DNA from: Enoplolaimus lenunculus
Taxonomy: Eukaryota
DNA length: 64,000 nt
Assembly: GCA_030248215.1 (NCBI GenBank)
Contig: JASANG010003930.1
Span: forward strand, 186,001 to 250,000
Reading direction: 5' to 3'
Part shown: piece after piece, positions 11,549 through 24,624 of the stretch
Numbering within the stretch: position 1 is the stretch's first letter
How the letters are laid out: the number at the start of each line of letters is the position of its first letter
Translations under genes and position numbers: made by a program
The notes under the pieces: generated by a model
What the model was told of the DNA's origin: nothing
What the model saw: only the letters and a program-made list of their open reading frames with translations
The model's database searches: none

Positions 11549-12807
11549 GAAAATAAATATTTTTGATTAAATTTCTGTCGATGTTCCGTACGCCGCCTTA
11601 TATATTTGCGGAAAAAATTTTGGATAGGAGCCAAAGCAAAGAAAGAAATTGTTTTCAAAAATATTGGGATGCCGCAACAAGATAGGTTACGATAATTGCG
11701 TTTAGGTTCTAACTCGTTTCGCTGGCAGGGTTTATTCCAACATTACGATGGGTCCCTGTTTTAGATGAACGTCCCTGATTGTTTTAGGTGCTTAGTTTAA
11801 TAGCACTTGAAAAACAGAAACATCGGAAGAAAACGTCTAATCAGACTGTAAATTACCTATAAAAACGCAAACGACAAACATTTTGTTAATTCAGTGTAAA
11901 ACTGACGAAAAATAACGAAAATGTGCAGCAAAAAATTTGGGCGTTTAAATTATTCGTTACAGTATTTTAATTTTTCACAAGCAGCAGGCGCCAGTAAAAA
12001 ATTTGCGTGAAAACGCAATGTTCAATCAATCGTACAGGCAATTAAACATCCTCTAATAAAGGGTCGGTTTCAAAGTGCAACCGTAGATTAAGAAAATGCC
12101 AGAACCGAAGTCACGGCATTGGAGGATCCAGGTTTTTTAGATGGGGTGGCTTTTCAGCGGCGTGTAAACAATAACTGGTTGATATATGAGAAGTCCCAAG
12201 ATGAGCAAAATATATAAAGCTCAATGTATGTCGCTTACATTTAAAATAAAGTTTTATTTTCCGTAAGTACTACATTGCATTAAACCGATTGAGAAGGTGT
12301 AAATTAGCAGTAAATCCACTGAAAATATCAGTTTTGTAGCAGTCTGGATAAGGATGCGATCGCCGGTTAAACGTAGATCCGCCCATACTTTAGCATTTTG
12401 CAGCTTGAATGTCACAGACTGCAGGCAATAAAATGTCAAAAACAGATGTAGACCGGTGAAGAATGTTGACGAGCCCGAGCAAGATGCTAAACACATTTTG
12501 GCATGAAATATTCTTCAATATTACCGCAAAATTTTTATTCTGTCAGTTTTGATAACATGGATGAAACCCGTACCGGGCGAGTCCGGAGAATCAATCAAAC
12601 GTTGAAGTTGAGCGGTATGCACAGTTTGAATTTCAAGTCGAAAGCTTGCCATAAAAGGCAATTAATTCCACTACAGCTATAAATGTATTGTAGTTTTTTA
12701 AATGTAATTTAGCGTCAGGTGGTGGTTACTAATTTGCGCAAATCGTTTACAATCTGTTCACAGTTGTAATTTGATACAGTTTAGCCATTGTTGTATTAAT
12801 CAGTTTT

Positions 12808-13002
12808 GGCCCATGTTACTTTTGGTGCTGTCCCGGTTTCTGGCGAGTCTGTAAAAGTAATCTTAGACGCTAGACTATATTTTTTCAATGGGCTTAATTA
12901 GGCTTACGCTTAAAAATGTACTGTCTTCAACGCTTAATAGGCTTAGGCTTAGGTTTTGGAATATGTTTAACCTATGTTGTGGCCCTAAAAGCAACATTCG
13001 TC
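12808..13002. mobile_element. Short TIR element with internal TTAGGC-like tract
   Basis: GGCCCATGTTACTTTTGGTGC / GCCCTAAAAGCAACATTCGTC; internal TAGGCTTAGGCTTAGG; TSD not clear. Confidence 0.5.
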
Positions 13003-13076
13003 ATAACTTAAACGCAATCTTCCAGTTTTCAATTCTGTTTTTAGAATACCTACGAATGTCTAGGTATGCAAATCTA

Positions 13077-13513
13077 CTGCGGTGACCCGAACAAGAGGGG
13101 GGCTGATATTTATTTGGCCTCTCCAGAGGGTGTCCCCTTTGTTATTCTGTTACGGACTGGTATTTATTTTTAACCCACCCTCCGCCACCCTTCGTTATAC
13201 TGATATATATCCGGTACTGCATTTATCTGTTGAGTTAAACGTTTATTTGTTTTGTGGCAATAGTTTGAGCGATAATACAAGAGGCATGTACTTTCAAAAT
13301 TTAAGTATGCTTTAAAGTTTCGAACTCAACTCTATTAGGCACCGGAGTCATTTATACGGTTAATTAGGAATAATTGATATTTATGGACTCTAATTAGGGT
13401 TTAGGGACTCTATCCTCTTACGGACTCTTATTAGGGATACGGACTCCTATTGATTGGGACTCAAAATGCGACCCATCCCCTCTTATTACCCCCTCTTATT
13501 CGGGTCACTATAG
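13077..13513 (+). mobile_element. Tc1/mariner-type MITE, family A copy
   Basis: Both TIRs present with TA on each side. Confidence 0.88.
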
Positions 13514-15707
13514 TATTAGGTTAAACATGTGGATGATATATGTGTCGCGGCCATTTAGTTAATTAAGCAATATTGCCAATATTCGTAGCCGACAGTACGT
13601 AATTGGTACTTAGCCATCACGACAATGGCTCCGTTCACAGAAACAGCATCACACACAAGCAGATCCAAAGAGAAGGGCTGCGGGAAACACCGTACTTGAG
13701 CGAAACGAACAAGAACCCAAACGCAACTTAAGTGCAGGTGAAAACAAATATTGCAAAAAATCTGCAATATCCAAGCATGTATTAACACTGTATTAATAAC
13801 TGTAGGAATTATTTTCAAAAATGGTGAACGAGACCAATCCCCAGCAAGCCGTTGTTTTTGCTCCATAATCGAGTTTGTAAATGATTGAAAAGTAGTTTTT
13901 CTTGAAAGGTAGAAAGTGTGCAATAGTTATATATAAAAAATTCTTACAATTGCCTATCGCTTCGTTGTTTGACGGCAACCAATAAACACGTCTTGCATCA
14001 CTGAAAGTTGCAAGGGTGGCGGCTTAGCATCCACAAACAGGGATCATCATCAAAATTTTGTATTAAAATATAGTCGTAAACTTGAATTTAGCTCCTCGCT
14101 CGCTTCGCTCGACAGCTTTTCTCACTAATAAATTGTGTGGTTTCCCCCATTAATAATTTCTAGATCCGCCACAGCGTTGAACGTAACCTATCCGTCCATT
14201 TATATCTCTATTCACAATCGTTGTCCAGGAAATAAAATTATGTAACTGAGAGTATGATATTATATATCGTTTAATTTTTATCACTTTTTTCTGAGAAAAC
14301 ACTATTAATATTTTTCGTTCGTATTTTCTAGTTGTTCTATTCGACTGGTGTTCTCTGAAAAAGTTACAAGAACATCACCTGGGGCGTAAACAAATGAAAG
14401 GGGTTATATCCCTTGACAAACTTTATAGAGATAGAACGCAAAGGCCCTTGGACATGTTTTAAATTTGTAAATAATGGTGGCTTATAAATTCCTTAAGTTG
14501 ATATCTTTTTGACATGAAATTTCAGCTATGACCCTGAACATTGCCGACATGTTTTTGTCTTCTATTTTATTTTCACAAGATAAAAATTGTTATGTTATCT
14601 GTCTGCAATCATATTAATATGAACCAAAATGTTTCATTTACGTTTTTTATGTCGACTTTTCCACGACGCCTGGTATAGTTCATTTTGTGCATCCGATAAA
14701 ATATTTCTGCAGTTTCACTATATATTTTTTTTTAAATTTTAACCAATTTACTTAACAATATAACATTAAGTATGTTTTTTCAGAAGAATAAAAGTGAATA
14801 TTGCTCAACGTTTAGAATTTTTAGCACTGTATATACTACTACTGTGTAGCCGCGTACCGATTTCCGTTTCAAGCAGAAATCAATGTTCATTTTCGTTTCT
14901 GCTTTATAGTCAGTTATAAATCACTTAAAAAGATTGAATTTTTCACTACAGAATGCTGCGATTGCTCGAATTGGAATAAAACAAAAAACTCATTCAAAAT
15001 CAAATCTTAAAACAATTTGGGCACATTTATAATTTTTTGTTTAAAAATGTTCGAAAGCCCGGCGAGAAATTCAATTGTATAGACACAGAAATAAACCCTG
15101 TCCAGCATTTGTTCTTGAATGTCCGTTTTTTGTTTCGGTTTCCGCTTCCGTTGTTTTTACTAACCGTTTAATGCACACTGCGCAATATCATCTTTTGCTT
15201 GTAAACGCTAAAATTGCCATATGCGCTTTATAATAAATTAAACTATAACTATTCAAAATATTTTGGTTACATTTAAACTTAGTCTGATCTGACAAGGTAT
15301 CTGCGGGTTCTTATTTATTTGAAGGTAAAATGAAAAATGGTTCTTATAGTCGTTTTTCTTGTACGCCAAAACCGGGTTTTTGTACACTTCGTTAACGTTT
15401 AAAGTTAGGCTCAAGCTTAGGCTTAGGCAAAACCTTAAAGGTTCACGCTAAGGCTTAAGCGAAAGCTTAATACGTACCGGTAAACTTTTTAGTAAAATCA
15501 GTGCGTCAGGCTAAACATACGCGTAAATGTAGGGAAATGCACTAGAATAAAGAATGCTAATCTGCTTACTCAACTTTAAAATTCCGATCAACTTACCATT
15601 TCTCTGCGCAAATGTGACCAGGACACTAGCAGTTTATGTTTAAAGTCCTACGAAAACTGCCGCAAAAATAGACAAATGCAGCCACGTTTTATTTTTATTA
15701 ATATAAA

Positions 15708-16046
15708 CAAGAGTGGATGATCACTCTTTATAACAAGAGTGTGCAACTGGGTACATTCTGTGTATTAAAGAATGTACCAGACCAGCACGCGTTGCATTTT
15801 TGTTCGACCCCCATCAATCAGGGGGGGGGGGTAAGCAAGAGATTAACAGTATGCTTCAGTACACCTACCCCCCCTTAAACATTGGGGGTTACAATTTCCT
15901 TCTTTTACTACGATATAAAACTGCATAAAGACCCGCTAAAGAAGGGGGGGTAGGTCAAAAACGCAACGCGTGCCGGGTACATTCTTTAATACACAGAATG
16001 TACCCAGTTGCACACTCTTGTTATAAAGAGTGATCATCCACTCTTG
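15708..16046. mobile_element. Foldback element with about 95-bp near-perfect arms
   Basis: CAAGAGTGGATGATCACTCTTTATAACAAGAGTGTGCAACTGGGTACATTCTGTGTATTAAAGAATGTACC is an exact reverse complement of the right end. Confidence 0.85.
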
Positions 16047-17156
16047 GTATAAAATATTGACAGAAAATTACAATATTATTTTGTTAATTTTCTGTCTGAA
16101 AAACTTAATAAACGTTATCTCAGCGATTGTATTTCACAAATTATGTTGCCATATTCATTGTAATATCCGGTGAACGAGGAGAGCTCAAACACAAGATACT
16201 AACGAAAGAAGACCTGCCTACTATTCAAGTGTACTTGACCATTTAACAAAAAAGACACACTTGTCCGCTGGTTGGTAATAATAATAGTAATAATAATAAT
16301 AATATGAGTTTCAGAAAAATATCTGTTTAAATGACAATTTTTTGTGGACAGTACTTTGTTGAACGGCATACGACGCATGAGTAATTTTGACAGATTTCAG
16401 TCAGTATAAAGAGAAAAGTAAATTAACGGGATTATAAATTGCATACTGTTGTACTAGGACAACTACAATTTTCTCAAAAAACATGTTAGAAAAGCACGAA
16501 AATAAATGAAAAAATTATAGTTTAAATATTTTAAAGTGCATAAGTTGAGAAATATATTTCAGATCTCACTACTTAAGAGGTGTTTTTGGTAACTGTATGT
16601 AGTACCTAGTAGGGCGGGGCTATAACTATTGTTGCCAGGTACCAGTAAGTAGACCCATCGAGCGAACAGCGTGCTGCGGCCGTGAAAGTGTGCAAAATTT
16701 TGAAGCTCAAGATTCATTAGTTCGCAAAATATATACTCCCACCAGTTTAGCCAAAAACGTGTGTTGTGATAGGCACTACACGTATTTGAAAAATGTACAG
16801 AACATATTTAGTAGGTTTATGGTACCTGGTTCAAATACTTGTATATGCAAAAATAGTAATAACATACAAAACTGTTTGGAAACAATCAATTTCCAAATGG
16901 TGTTTGTTCTGTATGTAAGCTTTCATCCAGAAACGGGTCATTAAAGAATTTAAAATCTTACTACTAATAAAAATAACAGTTTTTCGAAATTCATTCCAAT
17001 ACAGCTGTTTTTATGCCACGCTTTAACGCGTACTTAGACCTACTGAATGCTAATGTGGCCTAGGTTTTAGGCTCATACTTTAGGTAAACCTTTTCCGAAG
17101 TTTAAGCCTAATCCAAGGCCTGAGCAAAGTGTACAAGAGCCATGTTGTGTTACTTG

Positions 17157-17597
17157 CAGGGTGCAACCGGATTTCTGGTTCCGGTAGGGAAACCCTGCAT
17201 TTTTCAATATCTTGTTCTGGTAAATACATCCGGTATCTTTTTACCGGAATTTTCCGGTATTGTCGGAATTAGAAATTTTTTTCTTTCGAAAATTTAAGAA
17301 AAATTGACATATTATCCTTAATTATTTTTCTAAAATTGTTTGAGCGTGTATTGCCAAAATTTTCAATTTGTATCGTACTCCATAATTTGTAGTCATACGT
17401 TTCCAGCTACTGCATTTGTTTTAGAATTTTGGCATTCTAAATGGTGTGCTTACACCACTAAAATCGATAAAGAAGCGTTTAAAATAAATTTTTCGATAAG
17501 TATTTTTGTTTTCCGGTTTCGGCTCCGGTTCCGGTTCCGGGACTTTTTTCACTTTCCTGTTCCGGTTCCGGTATTTTATTATTCGGGTTGCACCCTG
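17157..17597. mobile_element. hAT-type MITE (CAGGGTGCAACCGG family)
   Basis: TIRs, CCGGT/ACCGG subterminal repeats, TSD gttacttg/gatacttg; inverted copy at 52082 and a degenerate copy near 23214-23935. Confidence 0.85.
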
Positions 17598-17859
17598 GAT
17601 ACTTGTTTTATACTTATTTTTTGCAAATTACAAGTTTGTTTAGCAAAATGTTATTCAGGGTTTTCGATCGCAACGCACTTACTTAAAAATTACAGTCCGT
17701 GTGCTGAGCAGGAATGCATCCGTGTCGATAATTGTTTCAAATAGAAAAATAATACGAGAAAATTTAATACCGATAGAATAAGCGGTAGATTTTTTTCTCA
17801 CTATACCCACCAAATACTTTCGCTCTAATTTCTTGTATATGGAGATTTGAGCCTCGAAG

Positions 17860-20800
17860 TACTATTGTGCAATTAACACTTTTTCTACTGGCCGGCCGGC
17901 CGCCGGCCAACAGTATGCTTGACCAGCGAGCCAATATACAATTTTGAAAGATTTTCAAGCATTTTTATAATGGCATATCGTTACGTTTCTAGAAGCTATG
18001 CCATCGTTTTAGGCTGTCTAATTCAACAAAAAACGACCTCTTTGTGAGATACGTTAACTAAGAACAAGTTCAGTAATACAGGCTCTACAATATTTTGCGT
18101 GCAGTCTGTGGTAAAATCTAAGTCTGTTCCAATGGATCTAAACAGTAAACGTTCACTTCCCGAGCTGGCGTTTTAGACAAAGAGTCTGTCTTAGACTTGT
18201 CAATTGATTCCAATGCGATTCAGGAATAGAACTTATAAATTGGCAAATATTTATTGTGTTTTTAGAATAATCACTAAATTGCTACAAAATTCATAACAGT
18301 TTAAGAACAGAAATATTGTGGAGCCTGTATAACATCCCGTAAGTTTTAATAGAAGACCGTTTACCGCATTGTTTCTAATTTATGTTTACGCAACAACATC
18401 TGTGCAAAATATTGTCAATCGCTTTCGCTTTATGCAATTAATACGATGAAACGTTTATGATTAAAATATTGGTCCATGTTACGCTAAGTACTTCCCGCTG
18501 TCCAGGACAAGAATAAGCAGCAGTGAAGCATAGTCAAACCAGCGATCAAAGCACGTATGTTTGCGTTGAAATATGTTTATACACAACAAGAACGGCGTAG
18601 CCAGGGGAGTTCTAGTTGTCAACTGTCCTCCGTGTGAGATTTTAGTTTTCCAACTGGAACAACTAAAATTTCTAATAAGGTAGATAAATGTGTTTTGGTG
18701 CTTTTTAGTATGAAAATCGCTTAGTGCGCTTGATATAGCAATGGTAGTGGGCGGTAGCCTCACAAAATTATTTACATACAATTAACAAAAGCGTAGTCAG
18801 GCGGGTTTCAGGTGTCTGTAAAAAGTTCGTGATTTTGTTAGGTTTCCCGGTTCAATCACCAACTTAAATTTCAGTTCTTTTCTCACGGATGCTATGCAGC
18901 ACCGGTTCGGAATTGCAGTCATTTACCCCGTTTATTCCTCCCTAATCCAATATAACATCCGAGTATGGCACTGAGTATTGCTTAGTTTGCCTATATAAAC
19001 TATTTCTATACTATGATGCTGATTATATTCCTATAACTTTCATTGCAGCTCAACCGCCATGCTTAGAATTTATAAGTTTTTACACCGACCAGCTACGCCT
19101 AAACCTATCCTATATTCTAAGAAAAATTAGGTGAAGACAGGGCCTCTGTTAACGTGTGGCTTAGGATTTGGATTTAAGTTTAGTTTTAGTTTTTAGTTTG
19201 AAATGTAATATGGATTTCGCGCAGCCACCAACACCTCCCTTCGGCACAGATGCCAACGCTGGCAGCGAACCAAATTTTATGGCCCTACTTTTCCCGCCTT
19301 TTTACGGCCGCTAAAAAGCGTATAACAAGTATCAACAAAATTTCTTCCCAAGTCAAAACCAACAAATTCCTCTATCGAGTTCCTTATATACTATCTACAG
19401 TTTGTTCGCGACCCAAAAAAATCCCAAAGTCGTGGCGCCCCGCAACCATCTCAAAATTTCTTCGAACCCTTCGCCACAGCCGGTATGTACTCGTCTTCCA
19501 CAACCGCATGTTGAGCTACTTTCTGTGTCGAAGGCGGTTCGCCACCGGTCATCACAGCCGGTAGTTGCCTGTGCTCCGTAACTACCCACTTCACCTCTGT
19601 ATTATATTCCGATTGTTCCACTTTCTGGTGAAAGAAATGATTCATCCATTCTTCCGATCACATGCTTTCTATCCATTCGTAAGCCATGTTTTATTTCGCT
19701 CCACCTGGTGAGCTCGCCATGAACGTACAATTCTTCGGTTTACCATCGCTAAGGCTCGATTATAGTCCAAAGTAATCCCAAAATCGTTCAACATATCATC
19801 CCCCAAATATAAGTGCCGTTTGCGTTTTCTGGGCAGTATGAATATTAGAAATTTTCGTCGTTTCAATCATGGTTACCAGGTACTTTAGGACTCCTATGGT
19901 TTGTTGCGTTATTTGGTTATTTTATACGTCCTACATGAAATTTTTACATTTTCATCCAGGGGTAAATCCGAAAAATATTTCCTGGACGCCGATATATACA
20001 TCACTGACACATCCTCGCGCGAGCCCACTATTACCGCGATCTGATAGATCTGTATACTCATTTCAATATACAAGCCCGTTGCCTTTGTAGCTATAGCCCT
20101 TTCCACAAAACTTACACTAGGATTCCAACCTCTATAACAGAAGATGCCGGATCCTCAAGTAGACCCATTATCCTGTGCTGCGGCTGTCGGTGACGATATA
20201 CACGGCCCCAGTACCTCTTTCTGTCTCTATCGCATAATTGTTCATTGTACTTGATTACTACTTTATAAAATTATCGGGGTAGAGAATTCTGTGTTGCCAG
20301 CATTACCCTGCTGCCCCACGGATCCAGTATTATTCGTCCTATTCATATACGCCGGATATTCTCTTGCTATATGGTCCTGACCCTCACAAAAGGAGCACGG
20401 CCGTTGTTATCTTATATCAAACCTTTCCGGGAACTCATGAATTAACTATCGAAATTGTTCAGAACCGTATGGACCGTACCGTTTCTCCAACATACCAAGA
20501 TATTGATGCGCTCTATGATTGATATGATTTCGAAAATGATTTAATTTCGATTCGACGTCGAATAGTTTTGCCGTCTGCATTTCCCGTTTGAATTTTCTAT
20601 ACCAGACTCTGAAATTATACCTCCCTTCAAAATTTTTGGTGGGGTACTTTCTGTAGCATTTTAACTACGATGTGCACTCTGCTCTGGTGAACGAACCCCA
20701 AACGCTGCGGTGCTTTCATTGCCGTACTATACGCCCGACGCGGTGGTGTCTCCATGTAACTAACCAACCTTAGAGTTTGCATGCCCAGTTCATGCCAGCT

Positions 20801-22254
20801 CGCGTTCACCTGTACACCCATTCCGGTTGAGTCCGATACCCATTTATAGAGATTATTTTCTGCCACCGGTATTGGTTGATTCAAAACCAGATGACTCATT
20901 TGTTGGTACCACATGGTCACAGATTGGGGTATCACCCCTGCCCTATGTAAATCCAGGTTCACTTGCTGCTGTACCATCGTCATAGAGTGGGTGGGATTGC
21001 ATCCTCCCTTAGCACTTGATCGACGTCGTGATTGTCCTTGCCACTGGTTGCAAAGAACGAGTGTTATTCTGTCTTATATATTAAACAGTCTTCGAGCCCC
21101 CTTAGAGTCACCGTATTCTAACCCGCCTGGTGATTTTTGAAAATTTTCGCCGATAACTTTTTACCCAATTCCAAATTCTGCCCCAAATGATGTTCAGAAC
21201 ACTTACGGACCTAGTAGTTCCTAATGTAGAAGAACCAGCCACCTGACAACAATTTTAAATAAATTTGCAGTTTCTTCCGGAGGTCACTGTCACCGTGTTT
21301 TGTTGGAATCTTTACTTCGAATACAAAAGACAAACTTGTCCACTAAGTATATCAATCCGAAATTTAAAATACTTGTTGCTAGTGCACCAAGTGTCCATGT
21401 CATATCAAATTTCCAGCCTTTCGGTCAAAATTTGATGGCAAGCTACTCAAAAAGTACCAAACCTTTTGCAAAATCAACCCAAACCTGTACCAATTCCGAG
21501 AAATTTGATCGCAAGCTACTCAAAAGAGTACCAACCCGCGTGCAAAATCAAAACCTCAAAGTTTGTAGATCTGAAAAAAATCATGGTCAGCTACTCAAAA
21601 CAGTACAAAGCCTAGGATTTTGATTTAAGTTTAGTTTTAGTTTTCGTTTGAACAGTAATATAGGTGTGGTGTAGCCACCTACAGTGTCAACTCGACTCGT
21701 TTGGGCTTACAAATTTAGTTAAATATACTGTGTCCGGCGTAAGCCTCAAATTTAGCTTGCGGCTCTGTTTTACTTTACAGCTATATATTTCTGAGGCTTT
21801 GCGGCAATGACTTCTTACCGATTCTGAAACTGTAGGCACAACTCGTAGTTGTCTCAAACAAACCAAACTTAAACCTAAACTAGCTTCATTTACGTTAAAC
21901 CTGGCCATAAATCTTTTACTTTTCAAAATTATTGATCGGTGTGAAAAATCTGAGATGATTTAATCCGTTTACGTTATTATTCCGTTTGTTATTGCCAAGA
22001 AATATTTATATATATTACAGTGAAAGATTTCGCTATTTTTTCTAAAAGACAATGGAACCCAGATCGTCTGAAGCGATTTAATCTTAACAATGACCATAAT
22101 GTTAACAGCAGGCAACATTTCAGATTTCTGCTAAGTTTTAGAATCAAAATCTAGATATGAATAATAATAATAAATTAATCATAATATCACAATGTTTTTA
22201 ACTTTTTCTGGAATAAACAATTACCGCACGGTTCCTGGTCGGTGCACAACACTA
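17860..22254 (-). mobile_element. hAT-type element (TAGTGTTGTGCA family) expanded by nested insertions
   Basis: Ends TACTATTGTGCA / TGCACAACACTA; 17860-18040 is a reverse-complement homolog of 39420-39609; degenerate TSD gcctcgaa/gtctcgag. Confidence 0.6.
19159..21683 (-). mobile_element. Degenerate, internally deleted Ty3/Gypsy-like LTR element
   Basis: Direct repeats 19159-19233 and 21610-21683 start TGT on the minus strand; PPT GAAGGGAGG at 19234-19242; decayed knuckle CSFCEGQDHIAREY (20352-20400); protease-like LYLGDDMLNDFGITLDY; no RT seen. Confidence 0.7.
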
Positions 22255-23382
22255 GTCTCGAGCCTTTTTAAAATTTCTGCCATAATTCCATTAGTCGACG
22301 CAAAAAAGTAACTACTAAAACTTTTACTAAAATACGCTCAACACATATTAATGCTTTGAAGCTAATGTCTGCCAACCGAAACGTCCATTTTGTTCTATAA
22401 GCTCTACGCCTCTTGCAAGGAAAACATATTAACAATTGATTGCAAAATTGCCTTTTTTGCAACGAGAGCAAGTATATTTTATGCATTCGACGCTTTTGCT
22501 TTCTTTTTCAGCATCTGTGTTTTTGCAGCGTATATACACTGCGCGATATAGTTTTCAGCAAACTGCTTAGTATGCCACGTATTGTTTTTCGAATACCAGG
22601 GATGTAGAAACAAGGTTGTCAACGGTCTCAGTCGAAACCATTATCAAAGAAAAATACATTACCTAAAAATTTTAAACAGATTATTTAGTAAGTTTAGTTC
22701 CTCGAAAGCACTAAATTATTATTAATTCGATTCCCCTTTGAAAAAGCCGTTCCCCGGATTCATAAGTACATTTACTTCAAGCGACGTCAAAGTACGTGAG
22801 AAAGTTGCTGAGTGCTGTTTTTGGTTATTTTTTTCAAAGAAATCTCTTAACTGTTTGTTTTAACTGCGTTTTTTCATTTTTGCTCGTTTTGTTCAGAAGT
22901 TGGATGGAACTCACAACGTATTTACATGAACTCATTAAAATTAACGTTTCAAATTTGAAGTGATTTACTAAAATCGGATGTTTATATAAATATATAAGCA
23001 TGGGACATTTCAGAATTTCAGATTGTACTTTCCGCGTTGGTTGGGTCATACAGATCACTTAAAGTCCCCTAAAATATTACTTTTAGGTACCCGTAATGGA
23101 ACATCAACGTGATTTCGATACTTCATAGATCGGCAAAACGGTTTCTCTTGGTTCCGCAGACACCAGAGGATCCAGACGGCGGCGTATGCTTCTTCGTAAA
23201 GAAAAATATTTGTGCCGGTATTGAATCCGGTATTTTTATCCAAATTTTTTGGTATTTTCGGTATTGAAAATTTTTCTAATTTGAAAATTAAAGAAAAAAT
23301 TGACATACCCTACCTTTTTTATCCTGAAATTTTGTATTGTCAAATTTTCAATTTGTGCCACACTTCATGCTAAAATATCTTA

Positions 23383-23740
23383 CTGTAGTGACCCGAAGAA
23401 GGGGAGAACTGATATTTATTTGGCCTCTCCAGAGGGAACACACTGTTATTCGCTTACAGACTGTTTATTTGTTTTTAACCCGCCCGTCGTTACTGGTATA
23501 TTCGGTATTGCAACTATCCGTTGAATTAAACGTTTATTTGTCTTATACCAAAAGCTTCAGCGATAAATGCAAGGTTACACTTAGGAATGTACTTTCAAAC
23601 TGAAGTATGCTTTAAGGATGACTGACCTTTCTGAACTCTAACTAGAATCTAAGTACACTATCCGCTGCACGGACTCTTATTAGGGATACGAACTCCGATT
23701 GATTGGGATTCAAAATAGGTGACCCCTCTTATTACCCCCT
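23383..23740 (+). mobile_element. Tc1/mariner-type MITE, family A copy (right end truncated)
   Basis: TA|CTGTAGTGACCCGAAG start; colinear with the 13077 copy; nested in a degenerate hAT MITE. Confidence 0.8.
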
Positions 23741-24105
23741 ACTAAATTCTATGTCACTGACGGTAGATTTTCCGTCTGCTAATAGTGGGAGCCGGATATA
23801 CACAAAAGATTTGTAAATAGTTTGTTTGTTGCTTACATCCTATTTTGCGGTAACAAGTATTTCTCCTTTCCCGGTTCCGGCTCCGGCATTTTTTTCGCTT
23901 TCGGTTATGGCGAGGCGTTTTCGCATTGCATACGTGCATTTGTAATTACAATAGATGGCGTTCCAAGTGGATATTTTGAATTACCAAACGATGTTATTGT
24001 AAAATCATTGTATGGCGGTACATATACGCAGAGCTATGCACTAAATCCGTGAACAGGAAAGCGACAGTTTTGCACGAAGACTTTACTTCAATTAGGTTTA
24101 TTTTA

Positions 24106-24624
24106 TGTGGGATTCACGCAGGCCCGTAGACAAAGGGGGAGGGGAAGCTCAGCCCCCCCCCCCACGAAAATCCCCCCTTAGAAAGCTTTCAACCTTGCTT
24201 GTAACTCATTGAATACCCTTGAATGACCCTCCTGACAAGTTTTTAGCCCCCCACCTGCAGCAAGGTGAGCTGGCTACGGGCCTGGGTTCACGTTACCAGT
24301 TGTGCGCTTTGTTCCTGTTTTGTCACTAGGCTCATAGCGGTACTCACTAATTTTTTGCTACCCGTACGGATGCCAACAGAAAATAAAATGTTATGCATAG
24401 CTAGGTTTTCGAAATATTGACCTACCCATATGGGTACAGGCAAGATGTCTGCTGGTAGCCCTACCCATATGGGTTATATATCAAAGACTAGTTAACCATT
24501 GCTAACATAAAGGTACACATATGGGTAGTAGCTAACTACAACCTATATAGGTTGTTTTTATCTCGTGCTATGGGTAGGTGACAAAAGAAGTACCAAGCGC
24601 ACGATTAGTAACGTGAACCCCGCA
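24106..24624. mobile_element. PIF/Harbinger-like MITE
   Basis: About 45-bp TIR GGGTTCACGTTACCAGTTGTGCGC / GCGCACGATTAGTAACGTGAACCCC, TTA TSD, internal TACCCATATGGGTA palindromes. Confidence 0.78.
24119..24284. mobile_element. Small hAT-type MITE inserted in the TIR of the host element
   Basis: TIR CAGGCCCGTAG / CTACGGGCCTG; 8-bp TSD gattcacg/ggttcacg. Confidence 0.85.

Noticed and set aside
17340..17744. 134-aa ORF with FRFR repeats
   Set aside because: Overlaps hAT MITE subterminal repeats.
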